The notes under the pieces: model-generated
What the model saw: the letters and a program-made list of their open reading frames with translations, nothing else
Told to the model about the DNA's origin: nothing
Databases searched by the model: none
Sequence record: SRR31156797_3954
Strand: one strand, 5' to 3'
DNA length: 52,749 nucleotides
Shown here: one piece after another, positions 28,516-39,900 of the stretch
Position numbering within the stretch: position 1 is the stretch's first letter
Layout of the letters: each line of letters begins with the position of its first letter
Position numbers and translations under genes: made by a program

Positions 28516-31500
28516 ATGAGCAAAACATCTTTTACTCCAGTAAAAAAAATTTTACTAGCAACTACTTCAATCGTATTATTCACAATTAACACTTTCGGGC
28601 AAACTATATTATTTTCAGAAGATTTTGACGGAAGTCTTCCTGCAGAATGGACAAACACCGTTATTGAAGGGCCAACCGGATACCCTGGTTGGGAATGGAC
28701 TAATGTTGGGGGAGATTCGGGTGGCCAATTGAGTTCCACAACTGCCGCAAATGGATATATGATCCTAAACTCGGATGCAAATGGTGTCTCAATCAGTGAC
28801 CCTGAGGATGCTGAATTAATATCTCCCGCAATCGATTGTAGCAATGTTGATTTAGTTGAACTATCATTAGAGCATTGGGCTCGATCATGGGAAGATATGA
28901 ATATCAGCATCATTATTAGTACTGATGATTTTTCCACAGAAACTGTCATTTATAACTGGTCAAGCACAATTGATGAGACCAATGGCAGTAATCCAGTTGA
29001 ATCCAATTTTGATATTTCTACCTACGCTGCAGGAGCCAGTGAACTAAAAATCAAATTCAAATTTCAAGGAGATTGGGAGTATTGGTGGCTTATTGACGAC
29101 ATTCAAGTAACCGGTGATAATCTCATTTGGAAAGAAGATTTTACATATGCTGACAATACCAACACAGGTACAGGAATTCCGGGAATTACTTCCTGGACCG
29201 CAGATGGCGGAGAAAGTGGTGTTACAGTAATGAGCAATGAACTTAGAGGACGAAATACAAGAAACCCAAATCCTGATCAAACAACCTGGACCATTGACTC
29301 AGATGATCTTATTGAAATCGGCGGCTTCTCTGATGTGATGGTTACCATGGATTTGGATAACGATGGAAATCTGGATAATCCAGACTATATACAAATTCAG
29401 TACAATTTGGACGAATCCGGCTGGGTCGACTTTCCTACAAACGGATACTTAAACGGAAATTTTGCTGCAACAACTGCCTCTGTATCCGGATTAAATGGAA
29501 CTACACTTCAACTTCAAATTATAATTTATTGCAATGCAGATAATGAAATTTATTATGTAGACAATATTCAGGTTACAGGTATACCAACCTATTCAGGTTC
29601 AGGTAAGATTTATTACTCCTACCAATCAGGAAATTGGAATGTACCCACAACCTGGTCACATGATCCGGGAGGAACTACTCAAACTGCAATAGATATTCCG
29701 CATTCTGGCGATAATGTGATAATTTTGAATGGTAGAACCGTAACCCTTGATGCTGACTTAGACACTGCAGCACTTGATATTACAATACGAGAAGGTGGAG
29801 TTCTCAATCAATCTACGTATGAATTCACAGAAACTATTGCAGCACTTCGTGGTTCAGGAACGCATAAATTAGCGTCTGTTAATTATCCGTCAATAACGTT
29901 AAATGCTTTTGCTAAAACTGATGGTGGGACAACAGAATATAACAATGCTAGTGATTTTACACTACCTACAGCTCAAACAGAGTATTACAACTTACGTCTT
30001 AACGCTTCTGGAACAACAGCTTTACAGCTGAGCGACATCAGCTTAAACGGGGATTTTCATATAAAACAAGGGACATATCAGATAAATGACAATACTGCAA
30101 CACGGAGACAACTAAACATAGGCGGAGATCTACTGGTTGACAACGGAGCATCAATTGTAATTGGAACCGGAGATACTGACGGAAGCGATCTAAGCGGAGG
30201 AACTGCTCCTTTTACAGATTATTATGATAAAAACTCTCACCGAATCGTAATTTATGGAGACCTAATCAATAACGGTACAGTTAAATTTACTAACCAAAAT
30301 TACCCTCAATATGATGCATTTCCATCAAATGGAATGGCAACGGTTTATTTTAGAGGAGCCTCTAATAATAAACTTACTTGTAACGGAACAACTGACTTTT
30401 ACAACCTTGTGCTAGACAAAGGGATAGATCAAACTTTTAAACTAACTGTATATTCTACAGCCTATGACAACTTTCGCTTGTTTGGTAGAAATAATCTTGA
30501 TGGTGAAAATGATGTAGACAATCCTGATTTAAGGAAGGCATTATGGATCAGGACCGGAACATTAGAGTTAACCGGAATTACTATTATTCCTTCATTAACA
30601 GAAGCCACTAATGCAGGAGGTACACCTAATGGAGACTTTTATTTGCCTGTAAATGGAGCACTTAAAATAAATGGGTCACAAGTAATTGTATATAACACTG
30701 CCGATGATTATCAAGAAGTAAATTTGGCTTACAATATTGCTGCCACTTCAAATGCTGATTTAGGTATTTTAACTGCTGGAGGCAACCAGTCACTATCCAT
30801 TTATGGAAAACTCCAAATAGAAGATGGGTATTATTCCACGAAAGAATCCGGCGGTATCATTACCTGGGATAAATCATCAGGTGAATTAATTATTAATGGT
30901 GGAATTATAGATGCTAAACAATATCGCTCATCAGGTAGTGAAGGTGGATTAGCATCATATAGTCAAAGTGGTGGAACATTTTTATTAAGAGGGCGTTTCC
31001 AGCGGACACCAGCCGCTTATGCTAGTATTAACAACTTAAAAGATTTCTCAGTAACAACATTAAATACAACACGAGAATCAAGCGGTTTAAACGGCAATTT
31101 GGGAACATTTAATATTAATGAGGCAGAAAATGTCTTTGCCATGTCAGGTGGCACTATCAGAATTTATGATGTTTGTGGCACAGGCCAAAGCGAGGCTTTC
31201 CAGATACTTTCAGATGCGTCAAATAACAATGTTACAGGTGGAACCGTCGAAATTGCACCCATAACCGGTAGCGGTACAGATGCCACGATATTTCATATTG
31301 AATCAAATGCTGATTTTGGAAACCTTGTAATTAATAGGTTAAGCAGCGCCGCATCAGTAAATATATTAAATAATAACTTAACTATTTTAAATGATTTTAC
31401 AATTACTTCCGGTGAATTTGATGCCAATAATTTAAATGTCTCAATTGGAGGAGATTTTACCTTACAAACCGGTACTACTTATACTCCCGGAACGAATTCT

Positions 31501-34500
31501 ACAATATTTAATGGGTCTCAAAACCAATTACTTACTGTTAATCTTGCATCGGCTCCAACTTTTAATAACCTAACGCTCAACAATTCAGGCGACAATAGCC
31601 TAACAATTAATGGAACTCAAAGTGATATCAATGTTGCAGGTACACTTAGATTACAAAAAGGAGAGCTAATTGACAATGGTAAAACTATTAATGCATCAGG
31701 TACTATTTATAATGCGGCCACACACAGCGGCGATGGAAAAATAACACTAAATGGAACATCAGCTCAAATAATAAATGGTGATGGAAATGGTGTATTTGGC
31801 AATATTGAACTTAATAATACCTCTGCTGAAATAGCACCTGTTTCATTAGTTGCCAATACTCATATTAATGGAACTTTGACCTTTTCACAAGATAAATTAC
31901 TTGATATCTCGACCTATCAATTAAGTTTTGGAGAAGACGCTACTGTTATAAATGCAGGAACTAATCGTTTCATCCAAACAGCAGGAAATGCAGGTGATGG
32001 CGGAGTAGAAAAAACATACAGTGCTACAGCCAATTCATTTACTTTTCCAATCGGCTCAATTTCAACCAGTCACGCTGCTCCAGAATACACACCAGCAACA
32101 ATCTCTTTTGGTACAAACCCAACTAGTTTTGGATCAATTACAGTAACTCCAGTAGGCTATGAACATCCAAATACAACAACTAATGGACGAAGCCTGACAT
32201 ATTTTTGGCGAGTAAAATCATCCAACTTTGATTTAGGTTCAGCCGCAATAAACCATGCTTATACATATTCAGAAAATGATGTGGTAACAGGTGCCGATAT
32301 TACAGAGGTCGGCTATCTAGCAACCTCATATAGTAATACAACCTACACATGGACAAAATATGCAACCACTGACATTGACGAATCAAGCAACCTTATAGGT
32401 GGAGCAGGAACAGCAATGGCGACATTAGATTATATTGAAGGTGAGTTTACTGCCGGCGATGATAGCCCTTCTGACCCTTTTGGAACACCTACCGTTTATT
32501 ATAGCAGGCAAACCGGACCATGGGATCAAACTTCAACCTGGTCATTAACAGACCATGACACTGATGATGAACCAGCTAGTGTTCCCGGAGCTTCTGATAT
32601 TGTTGTAATTGGAGGAAACGACTCAATTTATCTTGACACCGATGATACAAATCCAAATACCGGAGTGCAAAATGCAGCTACATTAAAAATAGAACAAGGT
32701 TCAGCTCTTGATATTGGTTATAATCCAGGATGTGAATTTTCGGTTGTATTGAATCACGAAAATGGAAACGGTAATTTCAGGCTAACCACATCATATACTA
32801 GTGGCAGTACATATGCTTACCCAGGTGGCGACTTTTCAGACTTTAATGTTAACATTGGTACTACAGAACTTTATACAGTTAATGAAACCGCTGGAACCAC
32901 GTATTGGTTGCCTAACGATATTTCATCATATGGTAATTTAATTATTTCACCTCTAGGTGGATCAAATATCATCTTCGGAAATTTAAATGTTCATATTTAT
33001 GGTAATCTAATTGCACGTGGACAGGACTCAAGATCTTGGTATTGCCCAAGTTGGAGAGAAGAAAATTACCCAACCGATCCAGTGTCTCCAGTTGCTAAAA
33101 CGATTACCATCGATGGTAATTTTGATCTACAAGGTGGAGCATTGGTTTGGTACAATATGAACAATATCGGTGCACAAGATTTTGTTATTGGAGGAGATTT
33201 AATTATTAGTAATGGATCAGGAGTGCAAGTACACACAAACGGAAACAGCAATAGACAATCTATTACAATCGGTGGAAGCTTAATAAACAATGGATTGACT
33301 CCTACAGGAGCCTGGAACGACCCACTGGCATATCGTGGTGCAGATTTTACAAATATTCCGCTTACTTTTAACGGAAACGGCACACAATACATTACAAACG
33401 ATAATCCTGCTGATAATACTTACACTATTCTTGATTCATTAACTGTAAACATAGGATCATCGCAAACTGATGAATTAATTCTTGATATTACAGGTACACT
33501 AAATACACCAACAGATAGTTGGTTAACTTTATTGAACGGAACGTTCAAATATGAACATAATGATGACCTAACAATTTCAGAAACAAGTATTTTCACAATT
33601 CCCTCAACCGCAGGATTATACATTAATTCATCTGGCAATAATGTGTACATAGCAAACGACAATGTTGACAACAATGATGTCTACTTAAATGGTAAAATTA
33701 CGGTTATAGATGGCAACATTTATATTGGACCAACAGCAGCGCCAGACAATAATAATGATATTGAATACTCAGGAGGTGGTGCCTCAGAAATCGAAATACA
33801 AGGCGGTAGCCTAACTATAAACGGTCAAATAAGAAGAAACCCTTCAAATGCAGCTGGAATTTTGAAATATACTCAATCGGGAGGATCTGTAACTATTAAT
33901 GGTAGAAACACATTATCATCCAATGCTAAACTTGAAATTTTAAATACCGGTAGTACATTCAACATGTCTGATGGAACACTGACCATCAAACGTGGTGGCG
34001 GTGGAGGAACTTATGGAGACCTCTATATTCGCCCTGAAACTTCGAATGTATCAGGCGGTGAAATTATTTTTGACCCTGATGGAAATCAAGACTTTATTTT
34101 CGATGCTAATGTGCCAATTTGGGACTTAACCCTTAACGGTTCTGGTGGTAATGAAGCTAATGTGACTCTATTAGTGAGTCCGTTAACCATTCAAAACGAT
34201 TTAACCATTGAAAATTCAAGTGATCTCGATGTAAACAGCTCATTCGACATAGCACTTACCATCCATGGTAATTTTGAAAATAATGGAACTTACACACACC
34301 ATAATAATTTAACCACTTTTGATGGTGGAGAACAATCAATTTCGGGAACAGGAACAATTAGTTTTTATGACCTGATTATTGACCCTGTAACAAGTGTAAC
34401 TTTATATAAAGATGCTACTGTAAACAATGATATCTCTTTAACTTCAGGAACTTTTGCATGTGGAGATTATACTTTAGATATAAAAGGAGATGTAACCAAC

Positions 34501-37500
34501 TATGCTAATTACACTGATAATGCCACCGGCTTTGTTTTAAGTGGATCAAGCACACAATATATAGAAGGTAATGGAACATGGGGTCAATTAGAGCTAGATA
34601 ATATAAGCGGAGCAAGATTAAATAGTGAAATTACTTTGGCGAATGATTTAATAATCACCAATGGTGTATTAGATATTAATTCAAAACTATTATCCCTGGG
34701 CTTAAATAGTGATATAATAGGAAGTGGATACAGTGCTGCAAAAATGATTGCCTCAGATGGAGTATACAGTGATGTGGGGATATCAAAAGTATTTTCAAGT
34801 GCATATGATGGATCTACAGTAATATTTCCGTTAGGTACATCAAACAAATATACGCCGGCTGAAATTGACATTACAAGTATTGGTAATACAGGAACCATCC
34901 GAATAAATAATATTAATAGTAGTCACCCGGGTGTGATTGATGCCACAAATGTCCTTGACTATTATTGGGAAATTGAAAGTACCGGGTTAACAGAATTCAA
35001 TGGAACCGTCGAACTTAATTATTTAGATCGTGACGTAAATGTTACAGGACTGAACACTGAAGCAAACTATGTTGCTACATATTTATTGCTACCAGGAACA
35101 AGTTGGTCTAAAGCTGCCTTTGGCTCAGCCACTGACAATGTAGATGAAGTAAACGACGTCATTACCTTCAATTTCTCAGATAGTGATAATTTAACTGGCG
35201 AATATACTGCTGGAATTGATCAGGCATTACCAGATGAAGTTCCTGAATTTACAAGTGTTCAATCTGGAGACTGGTCAGACCCAAACACCTGGACACAAAC
35301 AGGTGGAGATACTTACACACTTACAGGTGCACCAAATGGTTTTATTATCAATATCCTTGAATCGCATACAGTTACAACATATTCAAATTATTCATCTGCC
35401 TATCGCATTGCGCTTGATGGCACACTCAACATTGACAATACAACCTATGGACATAATCTGGGAACTGTAAGTGGATCAGGCACTTTACATTTAGAAGGAG
35501 CAACCTTCCCTGCAGGTCGGTATACCGCTTTTTTTGATTGCTCCAATGATGCTGTTTTAGAATATGGAGGAACAGGAGAAAACTATACAATCGTAACAGA
35601 TCTTTTTAATACGCTACCATATCTGCATTTTATCGGAACCGGAACAAGAGCATTGCCTGCTGAAGACCTCACGGTTTGCACTCAATTAATGATAGATGGA
35701 CCAACATTGGACAACAGTGTTAACAACAGCAGTTTAACCATCGGAGGAACTATGGAGCGTTATAATACAGGTGCTTTTGTTAGTGGAACCGGTGATGAAG
35801 CCACCGTAACTTTTGCAGGCACCTCTGAACAAACTATCGCAGGTATTTTAGGAGATTTTTCAGGATCTAACGCATTTAACAATCTTGAAATAGATAATAG
35901 TAGTGGTCTAACTATCAATGAAAATGGTGAAATTGAAATTGATGGCTCACTTAAACTCACAGATGGAAATATTACAACCAGCAGCACAAACAAACTTACA
36001 ATTACTAACACTGATAGTGATTGCGTGGAGCCCGCAGGTGGACAAATAAACTCATATGTTGATGGCCCATTAATTAAAGTAATCAATCAGGGAGATAGTT
36101 TTAAATTCCCAATAGGAAAAGATGATGATATTGGAAACAAATTAACACTTTCTAATAGCCAGGCAGGAACAATTGAGTGGACTGTAGAGTATGAAAATCC
36201 TAATGATACATATACTAGTTACAATACTCCTTTATCGTATGTTAACTCATATGATCGATGGATAGTTTCAGCAACCGCAGGTCGCGAAGCCAATATAAGC
36301 ATCGATTGGAATTCAAACAGTGACCTGACTCCGGCCAACACACAAAATGGCACATCAGATATGCGTGTGGCAAAATATGATGAAAGTAATACAGTATGGA
36401 ATGAATTATCATCTAATGCATCAGGAACCAATAATGCAGGAACAGTAACCACAAGCAGCCGAATAACCATTCCTGCCGAAGGTTACTCACTATTTTCAAC
36501 CGCTTGTATCAATACAGTTAAGCCGCAAGCTAAACTTACTCCATATGCTACAGTTTGTGGTACATCAGGAATCCCAGTATCATTCTCATCAAGTCCGAAT
36601 TTAAGTTATGTGCTATCATATACCCTTGATGGCATTTTACAACCAGATGTGACTGTAACATCAACTCCATACACTCTTCCAACACAAGAAAGCGGAGGTG
36701 TATATAAACTGGTCTCATTTACCTATGACGGTGGAACAGCCGGTGCAGTGGACCAAGGTGAAATTACAGTTCACGAACAACCGGAAATCCCAGGTGCGGG
36801 CGATGATCAATCATTGTGTGGGGCAACCCAGGCAACAATTACAGGTACTTCTCCTGCTGTTGGTTCGGTGCTTTGGACCATTACGTCAGGAACCGGAGGA
36901 TCAATTGTCGCTCCTACATCAGAAAGTACAACCTTCAATGGAACCAACGGAACAGGTTATGTGTTAACCTATACCGTTGACAATAACGGATGTACTGCAT
37001 CAGACGAAGTAGAAATTGACTTCCCGGTATTAGCAGCGCAACCTGATCCATTTACAGTATCAAGCACAGATGTTTGTCAAACTGAATCAGATGTAGTATA
37101 CACTGTCCCAGATGATGCTACAGTAAGCTACACATGGTTATTCGACAACAATGGAAATCCTGGCGATGGAAACGATAATTTGGTTATATCAGGAACAGGC
37201 AACAGTATTACCGCTGATTTTTCATCTGTAGGTGCTGATGGAACACTACAAGTAGTTGCTTCAAATGCATGTGGCGATAGCGATCCACGCATGGTTGACA
37301 TTACAATTCATCCTATACCAATTGTTTCGCTTACTGATGATGATGCAGACAATGCCATTTGCAACGGATCAACCATTGAGTTTACAGCAAATGAAACAGC
37401 CGGAATAACTGTTTCTACATATGACTTCCTTGTAAATAGTGTAAGTACACAAAGCGGTGCATCAAATACCTTCAGTACTGCTACTTTATCAAATGGAGAT

Positions 37501-39282
37501 CAGGTAGAAGTAATTGTTACATCAGATGCAAACTGTGCAACTACTAGTAGTGCAACAACTATTTCTGTGGGTGATCGCATATGGGATGGCAGCATAAGTT
37601 CTGATTGGACATTGGCAGATAACTGGAGTTGTGGTGATGAACCAACAAGCAGTGATGCCATTATTATCTCGGGTAGTGCAACCACAATGCCTGAAATTGG
37701 TACAAGTGCAGAGTGCGGTGGATTGACTATCGAATCTGGTGCAACCATTACTTTGCATGGATCAAACAACTTTGATTTATATGGAAACTGGGAAAATTCA
37801 GGTAGTTTTTCAACCAATAATGGTATAGTAAATATTAAAGCCAATGCCACATTAAGTGGGCCTGCTGAAATAACAATAAATGATTTGATCATTGACAATG
37901 GAGTTACCCTTACATCGACAACTGATAACCTGAATATAACTGGTAATTTTACCAATAATGGCACATTTACACATAATAATGGTGATATTACATTTAATGG
38001 TTCCAGTGCTCAAACTATTTCAGGAGATTTTACAGGTAGTAACACTTTAAATAACGTTGAAATTAATAATGCAGCAGGAGTAATCCTTGCCTCAGGCAGC
38101 AAACAAATAAATGGAATATTAACCCTGACAAGTGGAGTAGTTGAATCAAACGGTTTACTGACACTGGGTCAGAGTGCTACGACTAATGTAACTGCTGCAA
38201 GTGGAGAAGTATCAAGTTTCATCAATGGTACTTTAAGTAAAATAATATTCGGAAACAGTGGCCCGGGATTCTTTTTCCCAATTGGTTCTAGTGCAACATA
38301 CAAACCTGTTGGAGTTAGTTCTCTGGCAAATGCTGTTGGAGCCAATACATGGACCGCCCAATATAACAATACAGCACCAGCTGAAAATCCGATTCAATCC
38401 GGAGACGAAATTATTAGGGTTAGCAATAAAGAAAGCTGGACAATTAACTCATCAGGTGGTGATGCGAAAGTAACTATCTCATGGGTTGACAATTATGACG
38501 GCGACTTGTATGTTGATAGCGATCAATTAGGAACGCTCAGAATTGCGCACTTAAACAATAGTTCTGAATGGGAAACAACTAACGCAGGTACGACAACCGG
38601 TGCGGGAGGTAGCTTTGGTACAATTACATCAGGAGACGTTATTTCTTTTGATGGAGCAAAGGCAGGTTCTGAATCATTTACACTTGGAGCTACTGTTGAT
38701 CAATATCACCCACTACCAGTAGAATTGCTTTCATTTACAGGTGTTGAAATTGAAGGTAAAATAAAATTAGACTGGTCAACAGCAACTGAGACAAATAATG
38801 ATTATTTTGAAGTACAACATAGCACCAATGCAATAAACTTTAACACTATAGGAATAGTTAACGGTGCTGGTAACAGTTTGGAAATAAAAGACTATGACTT
38901 CACTCACAACACACCTATAAATGGCATTAACTATTATCGCCTCAAGCAAGTAGACATTAATGGTAACTATGAATTGCTTCATACCATAGCTGTTCACTCG
39001 GAAAGCCTCAGTTTATTTGGCGATGGCTCATTTAATATTTATCCTAATCCGTATAAACAAGGTGAATTATTCATTGAGTTGAATAATCCTGAATCAATCT
39101 CAATTATAAATCTTTCAATTGCAAGTATTACAGGTGAAATTGTTTATCAAGAAGAATTATCTGTTACTTCAAATAAGAGTTTTATAAACCTGTCACATAA
39201 AACAAAACTTTCATCAGGAATATATCTGGTAAATATTAAAAACGGTGGAAATATTGCTGTAAAAAGATTAATTGTATACTAA
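28516..39282 (+). CDS. Giant (3588 aa) modular T9SS-secreted surface protein/adhesin
   Basis: Signal peptide; N-terminal beta-sandwich domains; four G.W....TW/NW modules each followed by beta-helix-like sequence and an FP[IL]G domain; Ig-like stalk; PLPVELLSF domain; IYPNP...GIYLV...KRLIVY CTD. Confidence 0.88.
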   Translation: MSKTSFTPVKKILLATTSIVLFTINTFGQTILFSEDFDGSLPAEWTNTVIEGPTGYPGWEWTNVGGDSGGQLSSTTAANGYMILNSDANGVSISDPEDAELISPAIDCSNVDLVELSLEHWARSWEDMNISIIISTDDFSTETVIYNWSSTIDETNGSNPVESNFDISTYAAGASELKIKFKFQGDWEYWWLIDDIQVTGDNLIWKEDFTYADNTNTGTGIPGITSWTADGGESGVTVMSNELRGRNTRNPNPDQTTWTIDSDDLIEIGGFSDVMVTMDLDNDGNLDNPDYIQIQYNLDESGWVDFPTNGYLNGNFAATTASVSGLNGTTLQLQIIIYCNADNEIYYVDNIQVTGIPTYSGSGKIYYSYQSGNWNVPTTWSHDPGGTTQTAIDIPHSGDNVIILNGRTVTLDADLDTAALDITIREGGVLNQSTYEFTETIAALRGSGTHKLASVNYPSITLNAFAKTDGGTTEYNNASDFTLPTAQTEYYNLRLNASGTTALQLSDISLNGDFHIKQGTYQINDNTATRRQLNIGGDLLVDNGASIVIGTGDTDGSDLSGGTAPFTDYYDKNSHRIVIYGDLINNGTVKFTNQNYPQYDAFPSNGMATVYFRGASNNKLTCNGTTDFYNLVLDKGIDQTFKLTVYSTAYDNFRLFGRNNLDGENDVDNPDLRKALWIRTGTLELTGITIIPSLTEATNAGGTPNGDFYLPVNGALKINGSQVIVYNTADDYQEVNLAYNIAATSNADLGILTAGGNQSLSIYGKLQIEDGYYSTKESGGIITWDKSSGELIINGGIIDAKQYRSSGSEGGLASYSQSGGTFLLRGRFQRTPAAYASINNLKDFSVTTLNTTRESSGLNGNLGTFNINEAENVFAMSGGTIRIYDVCGTGQSEAFQILSDASNNNVTGGTVEIAPITGSGTDATIFHIESNADFGNLVINRLSSAASVNILNNNLTILNDFTITSGEFDANNLNVSIGGDFTLQTGTTYTPGTNSTIFNGSQNQLLTVNLASAPTFNNLTLNNSGDNSLTINGTQSDINVAGTLRLQKGELIDNGKTINASGTIYNAATHSGDGKITLNGTSAQIINGDGNGVFGNIELNNTSAEIAPVSLVANTHINGTLTFSQDKLLDISTYQLSFGEDATVINAGTNRFIQTAGNAGDGGVEKTYSATANSFTFPIGSISTSHAAPEYTPATISFGTNPTSFGSITVTPVGYEHPNTTTNGRSLTYFWRVKSSNFDLGSAAINHAYTYSENDVVTGADITEVGYLATSYSNTTYTWTKYATTDIDESSNLIGGAGTAMATLDYIEGEFTAGDDSPSDPFGTPTVYYSRQTGPWDQTSTWSLTDHDTDDEPASVPGASDIVVIGGNDSIYLDTDDTNPNTGVQNAATLKIEQGSALDIGYNPGCEFSVVLNHENGNGNFRLTTSYTSGSTYAYPGGDFSDFNVNIGTTELYTVNETAGTTYWLPNDISSYGNLIISPLGGSNIIFGNLNVHIYGNLIARGQDSRSWYCPSWREENYPTDPVSPVAKTITIDGNFDLQGGALVWYNMNNIGAQDFVIGGDLIISNGSGVQVHTNGNSNRQSITIGGSLINNGLTPTGAWNDPLAYRGADFTNIPLTFNGNGTQYITNDNPADNTYTILDSLTVNIGSSQTDELILDITGTLNTPTDSWLTLLNGTFKYEHNDDLTISETSIFTIPSTAGLYINSSGNNVYIANDNVDNNDVYLNGKITVIDGNIYIGPTAAPDNNNDIEYSGGGASEIEIQGGSLTINGQIRRNPSNAAGILKYTQSGGSVTINGRNTLSSNAKLEILNTGSTFNMSDGTLTIKRGGGGGTYGDLYIRPETSNVSGGEIIFDPDGNQDFIFDANVPIWDLTLNGSGGNEANVTLLVSPLTIQNDLTIENSSDLDVNSSFDIALTIHGNFENNGTYTHHNNLTTFDGGEQSISGTGTISFYDLIIDPVTSVTLYKDATVNNDISLTSGTFACGDYTLDIKGDVTNYANYTDNATGFVLSGSSTQYIEGNGTWGQLELDNISGARLNSEITLANDLIITNGVLDINSKLLSLGLNSDIIGSGYSAAKMIASDGVYSDVGISKVFSSAYDGSTVIFPLGTSNKYTPAEIDITSIGNTGTIRINNINSSHPGVIDATNVLDYYWEIESTGLTEFNGTVELNYLDRDVNVTGLNTEANYVATYLLLPGTSWSKAAFGSATDNVDEVNDVITFNFSDSDNLTGEYTAGIDQALPDEVPEFTSVQSGDWSDPNTWTQTGGDTYTLTGAPNGFIINILESHTVTTYSNYSSAYRIALDGTLNIDNTTYGHNLGTVSGSGTLHLEGATFPAGRYTAFFDCSNDAVLEYGGTGENYTIVTDLFNTLPYLHFIGTGTRALPAEDLTVCTQLMIDGPTLDNSVNNSSLTIGGTMERYNTGAFVSGTGDEATVTFAGTSEQTIAGILGDFSGSNAFNNLEIDNSSGLTINENGEIEIDGSLKLTDGNITTSSTNKLTITNTDSDCVEPAGGQINSYVDGPLIKVINQGDSFKFPIGKDDDIGNKLTLSNSQAGTIEWTVEYENPNDTYTSYNTPLSYVNSYDRWIVSATAGREANISIDWNSNSDLTPANTQNGTSDMRVAKYDESNTVWNELSSNASGTNNAGTVTTSSRITIPAEGYSLFSTACINTVKPQAKLTPYATVCGTSGIPVSFSSSPNLSYVLSYTLDGILQPDVTVTSTPYTLPTQESGGVYKLVSFTYDGGTAGAVDQGEITVHEQPEIPGAGDDQSLCGATQATITGTSPAVGSVLWTITSGTGGSIVAPTSESTTFNGTNGTGYVLTYTVDNNGCTASDEVEIDFPVLAAQPDPFTVSSTDVCQTESDVVYTVPDDATVSYTWLFDNNGNPGDGNDNLVISGTGNSITADFSSVGADGTLQVVASNACGDSDPRMVDITIHPIPIVSLTDDDADNAICNGSTIEFTANETAGITVSTYDFLVNSVSTQSGASNTFSTATLSNGDQVEVIVTSDANCATTSSATTISVGDRIWDGSISSDWTLADNWSCGDEPTSSDAIIISGSATTMPEIGTSAECGGLTIESGATITLHGSNNFDLYGNWENSGSFSTNNGIVNIKANATLSGPAEITINDLIIDNGVTLTSTTDNLNITGNFTNNGTFTHNNGDITFNGSSAQTISGDFTGSNTLNNVEINNAAGVILASGSKQINGILTLTSGVVESNGLLTLGQSATTNVTAASGEVSSFINGTLSKIIFGNSGPGFFFPIGSSATYKPVGVSSLANAVGANTWTAQYNNTAPAENPIQSGDEIIRVSNKESWTINSSGGDAKVTISWVDNYDGDLYVDSDQLGTLRIAHLNNSSEWETTNAGTTTGAGGSFGTITSGDVISFDGAKAGSESFTLGATVDQYHPLPVELLSFTGVEIEGKIKLDWSTATETNNDYFEVQHSTNAINFNTIGIVNGAGNSLEIKDYDFTHNTPINGINYYRLKQVDINGNYELLHTIAVHSESLSLFGDGSFNIYPNPYKQGELFIELNNPESISIINLSIASITGEIVYQEELSVTSNKSFINLSHKTKLSSGIYLVNIKNGGNIAVKRLIVY

Positions 39283-39302
39283 TTCACAATAACTCCCAAA
39301 GC

Positions 39303-39335
39303 AAAAGCGGCTGCCTTCAAAGACAGCCGCTTTTT
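39303..39335. terminator. Bidirectional Rho-independent terminator
   Basis: AAAAGCGGCTG/CAGCCGCTTTT stem with A and T tracts on either side, between convergent genes. Confidence 0.85.
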
Positions 39336-39352
39336 ATATGAATTTAAACGAA

Positions 39353-39850
39353 TTATAATTTCCCTAGTTGTTTCAATAAATTAGTAAAAAACAGAATAGA
39401 AAGATTCAAACCCTGATTCTTGTCAAATGTAAGTCGCAAAGAATAAATATTTTCATTTCTACCTAAAGTCCACATGCGATCTACAAAACCTTTTTTAAAC
39501 TCCTCATCATCGGTTGAACTCCAGAAACCTTTGCGGTTATCATCAATACCAGTAATTCTTGTAATTTTTTCAATAATTTGTACAATATTCTCCTTTTTGT
39601 GACCCTCATCAGCATGAAAAGTCACATTGATGTGATTGGTTCCCGTAATATTGGTTTTTTCGATAAAAACCCGGAATACAACACGATTGAATACATCAAA
39701 CTCTTTCCAGGGTAGGATTTTTTCATAATCGATCAAAACAGTATCTAAAATTTCTTCGCTGTTTATTTCTTTATAATCTTCGTAGAAAAAGGTGGTCAGA
39801 TCATAAGTGAACAAATCAAGAATATTTTTTGGCTCTTGAAAAAAATTCAT
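39353..39850 (-). CDS. Hypothetical protein
   Basis: 165-aa ORF with ATG start, downstream of mfd. Confidence 0.7.
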   Translation of the reverse strand: MNFFQEPKNILDLFTYDLTTFFYEDYKEINSEEILDTVLIDYEKILPWKEFDVFNRVVFRVFIEKTNITGTNHINVTFHADEGHKKENIVQIIEKITRITGIDDNRKGFWSSTDDEEFKKGFVDRMWTLGRNENIYSLRLTFDKNQGLNLSILFFTNLLKQLGKL

Positions 39851-39900
39851 TTGCAGTTATATTTAATTCCCCTTCTGTAAAGTTAACACAAAAATACGCA

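Noticed and set aside
28509-38997. Many short antisense or alternate-frame ORFs within the giant gene, the 1051-aa gene, glmS, mfd and his genes
   Set aside because: Shadow ORFs of biased codon usage, fully nested in well-supported genes, with no recognisable motifs.
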